From the NCBI RefSeq assembly GCF_020745735.1, contig NC_083450.1, positions 10,661,883 through 10,725,882 on the forward strand: DNA of 64,000 nucleotides. The letters run 5' to 3'. Each line of letters opens with the position of its first letter. Positions within the stretch are counted from its first letter, which is position 1. Source of the stretch: Hemiscyllium ocellatum (Eukaryota). Below the pieces are notes generated by a model. It was not told the origin of the DNA. It ran no database searches and saw only the letters and a list, made by a program, of their open reading frames with translations. This document shows, one piece after another, positions 36,621 through 49,290 of the stretch. The position numbers were made by a program, and so were the translations under genes.

Positions 36621-37569
36621 TCTTTCTCCTTTGCTCTTTGTAACTCTGTGATTATGTTAATTTTTAATTGCTACCAGTGACAAATGCATCGACAGACATT
36701 CAAATGGGTGTCGAAAAAGATAAGAGAAATGTCAGATATGGAACAAGAGATTGGAACGAGCAACATACGTTATAGACGCTACAGCAGAGCCTTCGAAGTT
36801 GCAAACAAAAAGGTCCATACGAAAAATCCTTAATTCTTGAAGAATGTGCGTTTGGAGCATTACCAGGGTTGAATCAGTATGTCAATGTGTGTGTGGGTCT
36901 ATATGTTTGTGTGTGTATGTGTCTGTGTTGTTTGAGTGCAGAAACAAGGAATGGTTTGCTCGTTAAGTATTGACAGGTCAAGGCAGGAAGCGTTTGAGAA
37001 GAACGCAGAAGATACGTTTAAATTCATAAGAACACGGGAAGGAAAGAAAAAGATTAGCCAATTCAGCCTCTCGAGCTTGTTTTGTCATTCATGGTCTGTG
37101 GCCTGTCTCCATTTTTCTGGCTTTATACCTCAAAACGTTTTCTTAACAAAGAAAACAATACCTCAAAATTAAAAATTAACCACTGATTTCTGCTGTCCGT
37201 GGAAGAGAGTTCCCATCATTCTTAACTCAAGTGGTTCCTCATCTCTTTCTTGATTGGTCTGGCCTTAATTCCCAGTCTATTCACTTAGCTTTGGCAAGTG
37301 CAAATATCGAAAATGGTTTGCTTTTATCTACTCCGCCTTTTCCTCTTAATCGCTTGAACAAGTCTATGATAACTTACTAAACTTTAGAGAAAACAGGCCT
37401 AATTTGTCTCGTCTCTTCTCATAAATGAATTCGTGAAGTCTTGGGATATCTTTCTTAGGACTTTGTACTCTCTTCAAAGCCAATATATCTTTCCTAAAAT
37501 ATGGTGCCCATATCTGGTCACAGACTACTAAGACCCTTCGGAATCCTAGTAGCACACAAACCCACCAAC

Positions 37570-38140
37570 CCCCCACTCTCAAACAAAAACTTAAAAGACC
37601 CAGTACAACTCATGGACAAAACCAGCGTCATCCACAAAATTCCATGAAAGGACTGCCAGAAACACTACGTAGGGTAGGACAAACAGGAAGAAAGTTAGCC
37701 ATCAGGATACACGAACACCAGCTAGCCACAAAAAGATACGACCTTCTCTCCCTCGTAGCCCTACACACGGATGAAAATAAAAGGCCATTTCGACTGGGGC
37801 AACACATCTATCCTGGGACAAGCTAAGCAAAGAGTTGTCGGAGAATTCCTAGAGGCCTGGCACTCCAACCACAACGCCATAAACAAACACACAGATCTAG
37901 ATGCCATCTATCAACCCCTCAGAAAACGAACAGTAAGTGACATCACCACAAACCCCAGGAACCCCATCCAGGAGCAAGATATAAATAGAAAGCAGGAGAC
38001 AGCAGCTTCACTTCACTTGGAGGTCGCCACCGATCATGTTACCTCGCCAGATAATGAAACGTCTGGATATTAAACCTACAGCTCAGCAAGTAAACCTACA
38101 CCCTAAACCTCAACCTGAGCTACAAACCTTCACAAACCTT
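37570..38140 (+). mobile_element. Penelope-like element (Poseidon type) 3' fragment, inside a minus-strand CR1 remnant (~37290-38500)
   Basis: GIY-YIG-like VGQTGRKLAIRIHEHQLATKR and HFDWGNTSILGQAKQR...EFLEAWHS. Decayed hammerhead-like motif at ~38025-38070. Confidence 0.85.
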
Positions 38141-38559
38141 GCATAAATCTGGTCACAGTGTTCCAAGTGGGTTCTAACTAGAGTTTCGAAAGGGACATGA
38201 TCTATTCTTCATTCTACCCAAAGTACCGAACACACTTGCTTCCAGTGAACTCCATTTGACAGAGAGTTGCATACTCATTTAGTCTATCAATATCTCTTTG
38301 TAATTCGAGGTTATTATTTACACTGTCTACAATGCAACAACATTAGCAAGTTTGGAGATATGGCTTTCAGTGACATTATCTAAGATGTTAATAAATAACA
38401 TGAATAATTGCTGATCTAGCACAGATCTGTGAGACACCACTGGTTACCGCCAATTTGACTACATTCTGCAGTCTACAACCCCCAACACTATTATCTCTAC
38501 ACTCTGTTGCCTACCACTCAAAACACTTCATAGTCTTGCCAGTACAAAGTGGGTAAAAA

Positions 38560-39000
38560 GCAGGACTTTCGTCGATTGGAGTTCACGTGATTTAATAAAA
38601 GGTGGCACAAACGTGGAACGGTTACCCGCTAAGGGACGATGTGATAGAAGTGCATAGAACTATCATTGGTATGGACAGATGGATAGTCGTCTATTTCCCA
38701 AGATGGTAAGCTCAAATGTTAGGGTGCATAGGTTCAAGTTGAAAGGACATAACTTTAAAGGAGAAGTGCAAGTTTTGAAAAAGAGTGCAGTAAGTGCACT
38801 GCCAGGAAAGATGATAGATGATGACACGATACAAATGTTTAAATGGCATTTTGACAAATGCATATCCAGGCAGAAAATACAGGGAGAAAGAATATATAAA
38901 GACAAGTGAAATTAATTTAGAATGGCATCATGGTCACTGCGTACATGATGGTTTGAAGGATATGCTCCAGCGCTATACTACTTTTTATATTCACAGGAGA
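38560..39000 (+). mobile_element. Old CR1 3' fragment
   Basis: RLFPKMVSSNVRVHRFKLKG...IQMFKWHFDK. Confidence 0.65.
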
Positions 39001-39279
39001 GATTTGATAATCAGCATATGAATGTTAAAACGCCACATAATTTTAAACAAACTGGTTCAATGGAGAGTACATGACAGCATGACAGGAGCAGCTCCAGGCA
39101 TATATGAAAAGAAACAATGTCACCACCTGATGGCGCAACTACCTGCATGACAAGCAAAATACTCAGAAAGCGATACACAGAGCTGAGTGAATCCACAACC
39201 AACAGATAGCAACTAACATCTGTGGTCCTGTAACATCCAGTCATGCAAGGTACTGACCAGTGTTCTTAATAGAATCCCT

Positions 39280-39585
39280 ACACCGTGAAAGTAGGCAGTC
39301 GGCTCATCTAGTCGACACCAAAAGCCCAAACAGAAGTATCCTACCCAGATCCATCTCCAAACTGTATACCCTTACATTTTCCATAACTAATCTTGTGTAC
39401 TTACACATCCCTGTTTTTTTATGGTAATTCAGCGTGGCCAACCCACTTAACCTGCACATCTTTGGACTGTGGGAAAAAAAAACAGAGCACCAGTGTAAGT
39501 CCACACAGACACTGGGGGAACGTGCAAACTTCACACAGTTGGTTTCAAAGCACTGTCATGTGGCAGTGCTAATCACTAAACAACC
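39280..39585 (-). mobile_element. HE1-type V-SINE, old
   Basis: gtggccaacccacttaacctgcacatctttggactgtggg...gaacgtgcaaacttcacacag. Confidence 0.8.
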
Positions 39586-39829
39586 TCTGAAGCCAGATGA
39601 GCATCAAAAGGTTCGCACATATAAATAAAGATTGAATTAATTGATGACGGGATATTGGCTTTGTGGATATATTTCAGTGGTGATGAAAGAAAAAAAAATA
39701 CACTCCTTAAGTAATTCGCACGCAAAAGTCACGTTTGCATTTGGGTAAGCATTCCTGGCATCATGCAGTTAGTTTGGAAGCTTGACACATTCATTCCTCT
39801 CTTCGAAGTCTTGGCCCAATATCTGGAAA

Positions 39830-41280
39830 CTGTTTTTTGTTCCTGGCAATGACATTAAGGGAGAAGAAATTTAACAAATAATTCTCCTGACAGCTTGCAA
39901 ACCCTCAGCTTTTTCAGTTATTGTGAGCCTGACTTTTCCTGAGGCACCAGATACTGAAACTTTTCAAACATTGACAGATTTTGTTAAGGAATGTTGCGAC
40001 CCAAAGTATCCTGTAATTTGGAGATGCGATCGATTTACTCAGCCGTTCAAACAGCTTGGAATCTGTGTTAGGATTTTTGATGAGGTTAAAATGACTAGCA
40101 GACGTACGTGACTTTGATTATACTCTGAAGGAGATTTAATTGCATCTTCATTTCGTGAGATGTAGCTGTCGCTGGCTGGCCAGCACTAATTGCCCTTCCC
40201 AAGCTTCCAATAGGGCGGTGGTGATGAACTGCCTTCTTGAGCCGCTGCAGAGCAACTGCTGTGGGTTGACCCAAAATGCCATTAGGGACAGACGTAGAGA
40301 GACAGTTTAGTATTTTTGATTAATTAGATACAACTGGACTTCAAACAGGTATTAAAACTGGGTTTAACATTGGAATGCGTGCAACATGTGAGTTAAAAGG
40401 TATGCTTATGCAAATGGAGACCTTTGTCAGGCCGACTGATTTCGGGTAAACTTGTTGCATGAGGCAATTGCACAGTTTAGGGCATATTCTGAACAGAGGG
40501 ACACTCGGTCAGCCCACAACAAAAGCCCAATACAAAACCAAATCTCAGCCATACAGTTAACATTTTCTTCAGGATCTCGGCAACCAATCCATTGCCATTG
40601 CTGCCAGTATGCAGACTCATTGATGCAGAGGAGTCCTACGAGACCTGAATTCAGAGAGAGAACTCATAGGCATGTATCCAGGAGAGGACATACCCTGGAA
40701 AGTCCACACACAGCTGGCTTGGAACAGTTAATTTGGTTACCAACATACAAATCAGAATCAATTAAAATAAATGCCTGGTGGATCGATCAACTGATTCAAA
40801 TGTAGGTTGATAATGGCGTAGCTTTATCAGTGGTTGAAGATCCAGTTTTTAACAAACCTTATTCTGGGCTCCAACTCTTAAGTTTTGATAAGACTGCAGC
40901 TAGCCTGAAAACCTTAATTGGCGAATGCTTACAGATTAAGGGTAAAACTTTGGTTCTGGTCTTGCATGAGAAGCAATTAGTTCAGTTAGCTTTGATTGTA
41001 GTAATAGGCCCAGGCCCAAATAGGACGGGGTGAAGTTGGTTGAGAAAGATGCACCTTTATTGGCTCAAGTCTTTTCAGTTAGAGAATAACTGCCGATGTG
41101 AAGTCGTAATTTAATAACTGGAAGTTTTTCTGTATAGTCTAGAGACTATCGAAGTAGCCAGTGCCACCTTATGTAATGATCAGGAAGCAATTCTACGATT
41201 CAGCAAGCCCCACTCAGTGTCATTTACAGATACACACAGGAGTGTCAAAGGTTACTTCACTCTGAGACCGGAGTCTGAGG
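39830..41280 (+). mobile_element. Decayed gypsy-like gag/protease remnant with a small CR1 insert (~40140-40290)
   Basis: DFVKECCDPKYPVIWRCDRF resembles a gypsy gag motif. Heavily mutated. Confidence 0.4.
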
Positions 41281-42479
41281 AAGTTGCATTGTGTCAAGTG
41301 CTATGCATTTGTGAATAAAGTATGAATTGGTGGCAGGATACTGGCCTCTGTGGAGTAATCTTAAGAAACATCCGGCACTCTCTATCCTATCTGAGACCTT
41401 ATGATAATGAACTGGTTACAATTCATGACATTCATTCCCACCATAAGCTCTTATGAAGTGTCGACTTTGATTTGAAACATTAACTGTTTCCCTACTAAAT
41501 AATATTTCCACAGCAGCTGACTATTTCTCGAATTTTCTGAAACTCTGACGGCTATGGCACATTGCATCCCCTCGACATTATCTAGTGTGTATTGGTCGCA
41601 AGGTTCTCTGCACTTCTCCCATTCCAGTCCTCATTGTCTTTTGTCTGTCGTTTTTGGCACTCCACCAAACCATTCCCCCTTTACTTATTTACTTCGTATG
41701 CATCTAATACTAAAAATGAACTTTTCTAGATTATTGCTTTAACCAGTAATCATTACGCACGATTACAAATCTTGTTGTGCGTGGAGAAAAGTACATTTAT
41801 ACAGATTCAAATTAAACTGTTTCGTCCCTTAAAAATGAATATGCGTATTCACATTATTTTTACAAACACTCTGTGGACATGAGAAGAGAAATGAATGTGG
41901 AATTCATTAAGATGCATTCATGGAAAATGAACAGTAGACATTCCAATTCAAATTTATAGATTTTTCATTGGTAATTACCAAAACTCATGCTATCACCAAG
42001 ATGCGGTGCTGGATTTTTGTGGAAATATGATATTGTTTCTTGTATTGATATTGACCTCTTCATTTTTCCCAACATAATTTCTTGGAACCTCTCTCAGCCT
42101 TGCTTTTTGTTTATTTTATATTTATCCATCTAATTAACATCATCATTGCTGCATCGCCATGATCACTTTTCCTTGCCTCCTGACATCTTCACTTTTATCT
42201 CTATTCTTTTCCATTCTTCACTTGCATACACAGTCTGTTTTTCAGGTCGTTGCTTATGAGAGTCTATTACTGTTTTATCAAATGTCAATACTTCCAGAAT
42301 ATTGCCTTGCATTTTTCCCTTCCCACTTAACACAACAGTAATTGCAATGCTCTGAATATTTCGTCCCTTCCTGTCTTTCTCCCAAATACATGTTTTCATT
42401 TTCAATTTCAGTGTTTCCATAGTCTCGAAAGTTGACATAATAAAAACTGTGCGATCGCAGCCGACGGTTATTGACAGTT

Positions 42480-44690
42480 ATTGGCACCATATTTGGGGAA
42501 TAAGCAAATAACTTAGAATAAGTGCATTTTCCAAAGATTAGTGCAGACCGATGTAGGTCCATTATATTCAGAAATAAAGCAAGTTATAATGGCGAATAAA
42601 GAGATTTAGAAACAATTAAATACACACTGGTCTGTCTTCACAAAGGTGGATAGAAATATATTCGAAAAATGTGGGGAATGCAGGGTCCAGTGAGAGAGAG
42701 GAACTGAAGGAAAGTCATTAACAGTAGGGTAAATCATGTTAGGGAAATTTATTTGCGATTAAAGATCGCCGAATCATCATCAGCATATCAGTTACATTCC
42801 AGAGAACTTAAGGAAGTGTACCTAGAAACAGTCGAACATTGGTGGTTATGTTTCAAAACTCTTTTGAGAGAACCCCACAGAGGCTGGTATCTCATCACCA
42901 AGTGACCCTTTATGTATATGTGGAAAGATCTTGATATTGACCCAGTTTCCTTAGCGCCAGCACTCAGGATGTCAGTATGTCTGGCACTCCTTTTTATTCT
43001 GTTTTTCAACGAGAGTTCCTTAATTGCACCAGATTAAAGGAACTCAGGTTCGATGCATTCCACTTGGATGAACTCATTACAGTCACTGTCGTATTAACTC
43101 TGAAAGTGGTCCTCTGGATGAAAAGGTGGATAATGCAAATCATTGTTTGAAAAGGTGGTAGAGCGAACACAGAGAACTACAGAACAGTAGTGGGAAAAGT
43201 TATAAAAGATGTAATAAGAGTACACGTGGAAAGCAATTACAAGATCGAACAGATTCAGCATAGATTGAAATCATACTTCACAACTCTATTGAAATTATTC
43301 TAGAATGTAGTGAGTGGAGTTGATGAGGGGAAGTGCAACGATATACCTGCCTGGAATTTACAGATCTCTGTTGATAAGTCCCAATATAAGAGATTAGCAT
43401 ATAAAATTAAAGCATATGGAATTGGGGTAGTGTACGGATATGCATAAAGGACTGGTTGGCAGCCAGAAAACAAAGCTTTGCAACAATGGATTTTTTTTCT
43501 AAGCAGCCAATAGTGATTACTAGGACACAGAGACGTTCTGAGCTTTGACACCAGCTGCGCACAATACATATCAATGATATTTTTGACAAACTAAATTTAA
43601 TAGATACAGGTTTACAGAGGATATAATGATAGGTCGAAGGATATATTCGCAAGAAGATGAGGATATGCTTCCTTGTGAGTTTGACAAGTTCATTGATTAG
43701 AAAAAGTGCATGACCGATGAAGTAAAGAAAGAAGTCAACACAACCCGACTGAACCAAACAGCTGCATCGTGATTGGAGAAGGACAACAACCGATGATAGT
43801 TTAACGTGAGAGTCATCTCATCTCAAATAAGGGGAGTTTAAGCAGAGTGTTCATTGTAACTTTAGCGGATGTAGGGGTTGAACCCATGCTGTTGATATCA
43901 CTGCATTGCAAACCAGCCATTTGAGATAACTGACCCATTGAAGATGAAGTATAACATGGATAAATGCGAAAGTATCCATTTTGCAAGCAAAAACGGAAAG
44001 GTGGTTTATCTGAATGACAATCATTTGAACAATGAAGGGTTGCCAGAGAACTGAGTGCCCTTGTACACAGGTCACTCAGAGACTGCATTCAGATGTAGTA
44101 GGTGTGAAGAAGGCACTTCGTAGTGAGAGGAGTTGAGCATTGGAATAGGGATGCCTAATATAATGATGAGATCAGATCTGGATTACCATGTACATGTTTG
44201 ATCTGCTTATCTGACAAGGATGTTTTGACTATTGAGTAGCACAACGAAAGTTCACCAGCCTGATTTCTGTGATGGCAAAACTGATACATTAATAGATTGG
44301 ATCAGTTAGGACAATGAGGATTGACCTGAGGATTCTTCTCATATAAATCTAAAACAATCTAACAGGACGAGATAGATAAACGTAGAAGATATGTTCCCGG
44401 TGAGCCAAGAACCAGTCGTCAATACCTCTGGATACTGGAAGATCATTTTTAGCACAGATGATTAGTTCTTTGAATGAACTGAGAGTAGTGACACTGTGGA
44501 ATCCTTTGCCACGGAATGTACATGATACCAAACTATGTTCAAAACGAAGATAGATTTATTTCTTAGGGCTTCAAGAATTAAAACGTTCTTAGTGAAACTG
44601 GGAGCAATCCGCAGTGTGGGATGCTCAGGCACGATCATATTGAATGACGTATCAGGTTCGTATGGCTGAAACCTTACCCTTCCTCTTAAT
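42480..44690 (+). mobile_element. Cluster of old CR1 fragments
   Basis: Decayed RT N-terminus (~42.6-43.3 kb) and C-terminus/3' UTR (~43.9-44.7 kb), with small inserts. Confidence 0.6.
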
Positions 44691-45349
44691 TATTCTCTTT
44701 GTCCATGTGTCAATCATTACTCCTTCTTTCAGTTTCTCAGAGGAGATGGTACTTGGCGAATAGCAGACGATGCTGCTCTAATTGGATGTCTGACAAATAT
44801 ATTTAGAAACAGCATTTGATTCTCGGAGAGGAAATAAAACAATTTTTCCCAGTCGTTTCTCAGGCAATCTTTAAGCAGCTAACAAGAATGAAGTTACACT
44901 GGCCTGTCATCGCTGCACACCAGATGTAATGTTAATACTGACATTCATGTATGTGTTCAAAAGCGACACGGTTCTGGTGATATAAAATTTAGTTGAAATG
45001 AGGCAGATCACAGTGACTCCAATGAGTCTATCTACAACTGGATAGATAAATAATACCATTTTTATTCTGTACCAAGCAATTGCCCTGGAAATATTCTAAG
45101 ACCACCTCTTATGTTTGAAGACAGTCAATTGAGGAAACAAACTGTGTCCATCAGGCCTTATGATTGATATCAGTTACCACAGGTCAAAACAATGTCTTTT
45201 GTGAACCTCATTGAGAATGAGTAAATCCCACCGAATCTAAATAAAGGGCAATCAGGCCAATCTCACTAGGTTAGTATCAGGAGCCTCATGGAGTAAAGAA
45301 ATCGATCATTGTGCTTGTATTAAATCCTTTAGCGATCATTCACTGACAA

Positions 45350-46620
45350 CTATCCAAGGATACGCATTCTATCGAAAGTAGATTGTTATAAATGATTTAG
45401 ATGTAAACATAGGAGGAATAATCAGGAATTTTGAAGTTGACACCAAACTTGGTGGTGCTGTGGCAGTCACGAAGGTTATATTCAATACATTGGGAGTTTG
45501 ACCAGATGGGTTTATGTTTGAGAAGTGGGAGATGGAGTTTAATTCAGATAAATGGGACGTGTTGGATTTTGGAAAGGCAGACAAGAGCAGAACTTATACA
45601 GTTGATCATAGCGTCTGAGAAGTGTTGCCATACAAAGGGAACTTGGGGTACATGTTCATATTTCTTTGAATGTGGAGTCGGCAGTAGATAGTGGAGTGAA
45701 GAAGATGCTTGTTATGCTTACATTTATTGGTTAGTAAATTGAATATACAGTTGTGAGTTCATGTTGCATTGATAAGGCCACTTTAGAAATACTGCATTCA
45801 ATTTTATTCTCCTTGCTACAAGAAAGATGTTAAACTTGAAAGGTTTGAGCAAAGATTGGCAATGATTTTGCTAGGGTTGGAGGGCTTGTGTTATACAGAG
45901 AGGTTGAATAGGCTAGGGCTACTTTCCCTGGAGTGTCGGAGGCTAATGGACAATCTTATAGATGTTCAAAAAAATCACGGGGTCATGGTTTGAGCAAATA
46001 GACTAGGTCTTTTTCGTGGAGTGGGTGAGTCAAAAACTAGGTGGCAGAGGTTTAAGGTGGGAGAGGAAAGAGTTAAAAGGGACTTAAGCAGCAACGTTTT
46101 CACACAGAGGGTAGTGTGTGTATAATGACGTGCGTGATGAAGTGATAGAAGCTGGTAAAGTGACAACATTTAAATATCGTCCGAATGGGTATATAGATGA
46201 GAATGGTTCAGAAAGATATGGATCAAATGTACAAGTTGGACCGAGGTTTTCAATTATATGCTGCACATCTCTCTGACTCTGTGAGATGTTCCATTTTTAG
46301 AGTTCAAATGCAAGAGGAAGATATGCAGGGAATATTAGGTCATTATCTTGAGGCCTAAGTCCATAACTCTCTGTAAGTGGCAAAATAAGGGGATAAGTTG
46401 AATGAGAAATCATATAGCATGCTTGCCATTATAAATCATGGCATTAAGCTTATATATTGGAAGTTATACCTCAGCTGTACAAGAGTTTGCTGAAGCCACA
46501 TTTTAGATTATTGTGAACAGTCAAGGTTACCAAACCAAAGGGAGAGTGTGGAGGCTTTGGGGAGCGTGTAAAACAAATTTACCTGGCTTCTGCCTGGATT
46601 AGAGCCGGTCTGTGCAATGT
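45350..46620 (+). mobile_element. Old CR1 3' fragments (two consecutive pieces)
   Basis: YINDLDVNIGG-like region, accaaacttggtggt, and 3' ORF2 and UTR sequence. Confidence 0.7.
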
Positions 46621-46639
46621 CTTTCTGTCTGGCGTCCCT

Positions 46640-49290
46640 ATTAAACAGTTTATCTCACATAATCTTCCTTCGATTTGATAAAGTCCAATAAACCTTGCTT
46701 GTAAAGGTTCTCCTATGTCTGGAAGTAACACAACACTTCATTTGCTTTAGCAAAATTGCGAGTTCTTTATTTCGTGTCTGCTTCCTGTTTAATTTTCTTG
46801 CAGTGATTTTTAATATTGTCTAGCTAATTCCCCCACTCTAATTATCCGTTCCCTAAAATTTGAAACATAGTGCAAATATGTGGCTTCTTAATTCTGAATA
46901 ACCAATTTCGCCTTAATCAATTTAATGATCTTCTCACCTCATGTCAAAAGTTAATACAATTGGACAGAATTTTATCGATTTTTTCGGAGCGTCTCTCATG
47001 GGAAAACGTGAAAACATAATTTCTTCATCCCAATCATATGGATTGCCTTGACTATAAGCCCTTAACATGGTCTTTCTGGTCTAAAGCCACCTTGCCATCG
47101 CTCCCTGCGATTCTGCATGATATGATATGCAATTGATTTGAATTGTTTTATTCCTAAGCTGTCCATAACTTCCTTTAACAATTTCGATGCAAAATTTGAC
47201 TCTTAATCTGATTGTACCTCTATGGTTAGACAATACCTCGTGAAAAATGTGAGCAACTCTTCTATAAACCTTTCAGCTGTGATATTGTGTAAATGAATGG
47301 TCTTTGGAAATCATGTGGATACATCCATTGTTGTTAACAAATACTGATTCCCACTTTTTTGCATTATAAGTAGGGAGTCTATGTGATTAATTAACCCTCT
47401 TGCAAATGATTCCTCAAATACAAACTTGGGTATTAAAGGAAGGGCTTTTATTTTTTACCTGCGGTTTTCCCGTTATGTGGCATGTATGGCATGCCTGGCA
47501 AAATTCAATTGCATCCTTATGCAGTTCAGGCCAGTAGAAATAACTTCGTGTTTTAACTTGAGTTTTTATTACCCATCACCGCCTACTGTTAATTAATGTG
47601 CTCCCCTCAAAAAAATATTTATAACCTACTGGCAACACGACTTGAAGAATGTCTATCTATTTCTCATCTGCTTGAATATATGATGGTCTCTATTTCCTCA
47701 TTAAGCCAACATCTTCAATACAGTAGCATTAATTGACTCACTCAGATCGTTCTTCCCTGTATATGTTTTGATATAATTGCTTCAATTTTTCAGCATTAAA
47801 TAACCTTCGACCAGATTATATATTCTGGTGCAGCTTTACCATGCCTATATTGCTTTCCTTTACCACTTCAACAAAATTTTCTATTTTCCTACATCTGTCT
47901 TCACAGTGCTTTCCTAACACACCAATGCTGTGATTTCATGCAGCCGACTTCATTGCAGTGAAAACATTGGAACTTATTAACTCTTCTTCCCCGATCATGA
48001 GTTTCTTTTATACTCTGTGGTAAGCAACCTTTAGTAACTTCAACGAGATAAGCTTTACCCTTACAATGTGAGGACTTCTCTTTTTCCCAATTTCTATTGC
48101 CGTTGGAAGCCAAACTTTGAGTTATGAACCTAATCATAATCATCAACTATTTCACCAGCTAATCTTGCTGTTTTAACACTGCTCTTCCACATGAGTTCTC
48201 ATTGCTTCAGGAAGAGAATTTCTGAACTCGTCCAAAATGATGGTCTCAATAAGGGCGTCATATATTTTCTTTAGTTTTAATGGCTTTGTCAACCTACCAA
48301 AATTACTTTCTGCGCTCCTTTCAATCTCAGTGTATGTTTGACAAGGGTCCCTCCTTAGAATCCTGACACGTTTCTGTATACTTCTGTCACAAGGCACGTG
48401 CACTTAGGTTGTCTTTATTTACCACCTCGTAATCTCCAGATATCTCCTTTGACAGTGACGAAAATATTTTATTGGCTATACCTGCCAGCTTTGTTTGGAT
48501 CAAGGAACCCACGGTGTCACTGGTTACATCGTTTGTTTAGCCAACTTCTCAAACGAGATGGAAACGAATTTTACATTCTTCTAATCAATTAATGCAACAA
48601 TTTGATATATTTAAACAGATCCCCAAAGGGCATGCTATGTTGGGTTTGCTCGTCTTCACTATCTTCATTAATAAGCCTACATTCTACCTTCAGCTTCATC
48701 CCTTTCAGCTGACTTTCCTTAATAATTGCCAATTTACGACGTAGAAATTCTTCCTCTTGCTCCTTTCCTCTCTCAATTTCTCCCTTTCCCCTCTCTCTAT
48801 CGATTTGTTCTCCTAAAGTGAATTCTTTTTTTCTCTTTCCTCTGCATTTAACATAATTCAAACTGTTACATTTCTTCTCATCCTTTTTTTCTTTTGCCTC
48901 TAATCCAAGTTACTTCATTTTAAATTGAATTTTAGATATTTCCAATGATTCTGATACCGTTTCAAAGGAATTTAAATTCTTAACTATTGCTCTAATTATT
49001 TCTTCTCTTATCATAGATAAAGGCAACTAACACTCCAGCTTGTCTGCCAATTCCAGAAGCTTTACCTTGAACACCATTCAAGGTAAAGCACTCACAGTAA
49101 TTTCTTGCACTTCCTAGAAAACTCTTCGTAAATGAAGGAGACATCAAAACCACAAACACTGTTTAAACCAACCGAATTCAACACCCAGAACAAGAAACAG
49201 TAACATTTACCACTCACTGCCTTTGAGTCCAAGAGCTCTTATGCTTAATTGGGATAATCAAATCGATATTGGACGAGCCCTAAATCCGTT
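46640..49290 (-). mobile_element. Third Gmr1-type gypsy element, truncated within integrase
   Basis: tRNA-Pro-like primer-binding site remnant (agggctcgtcc, ~49269-49282), gag with SCAN-like IILDEFRNSLPEAMRTHVEEQ, zinc knuckle CFHCNEVGC, and integrase zinc-binding CQACHTC. No RT follows. Confidence 0.8.
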
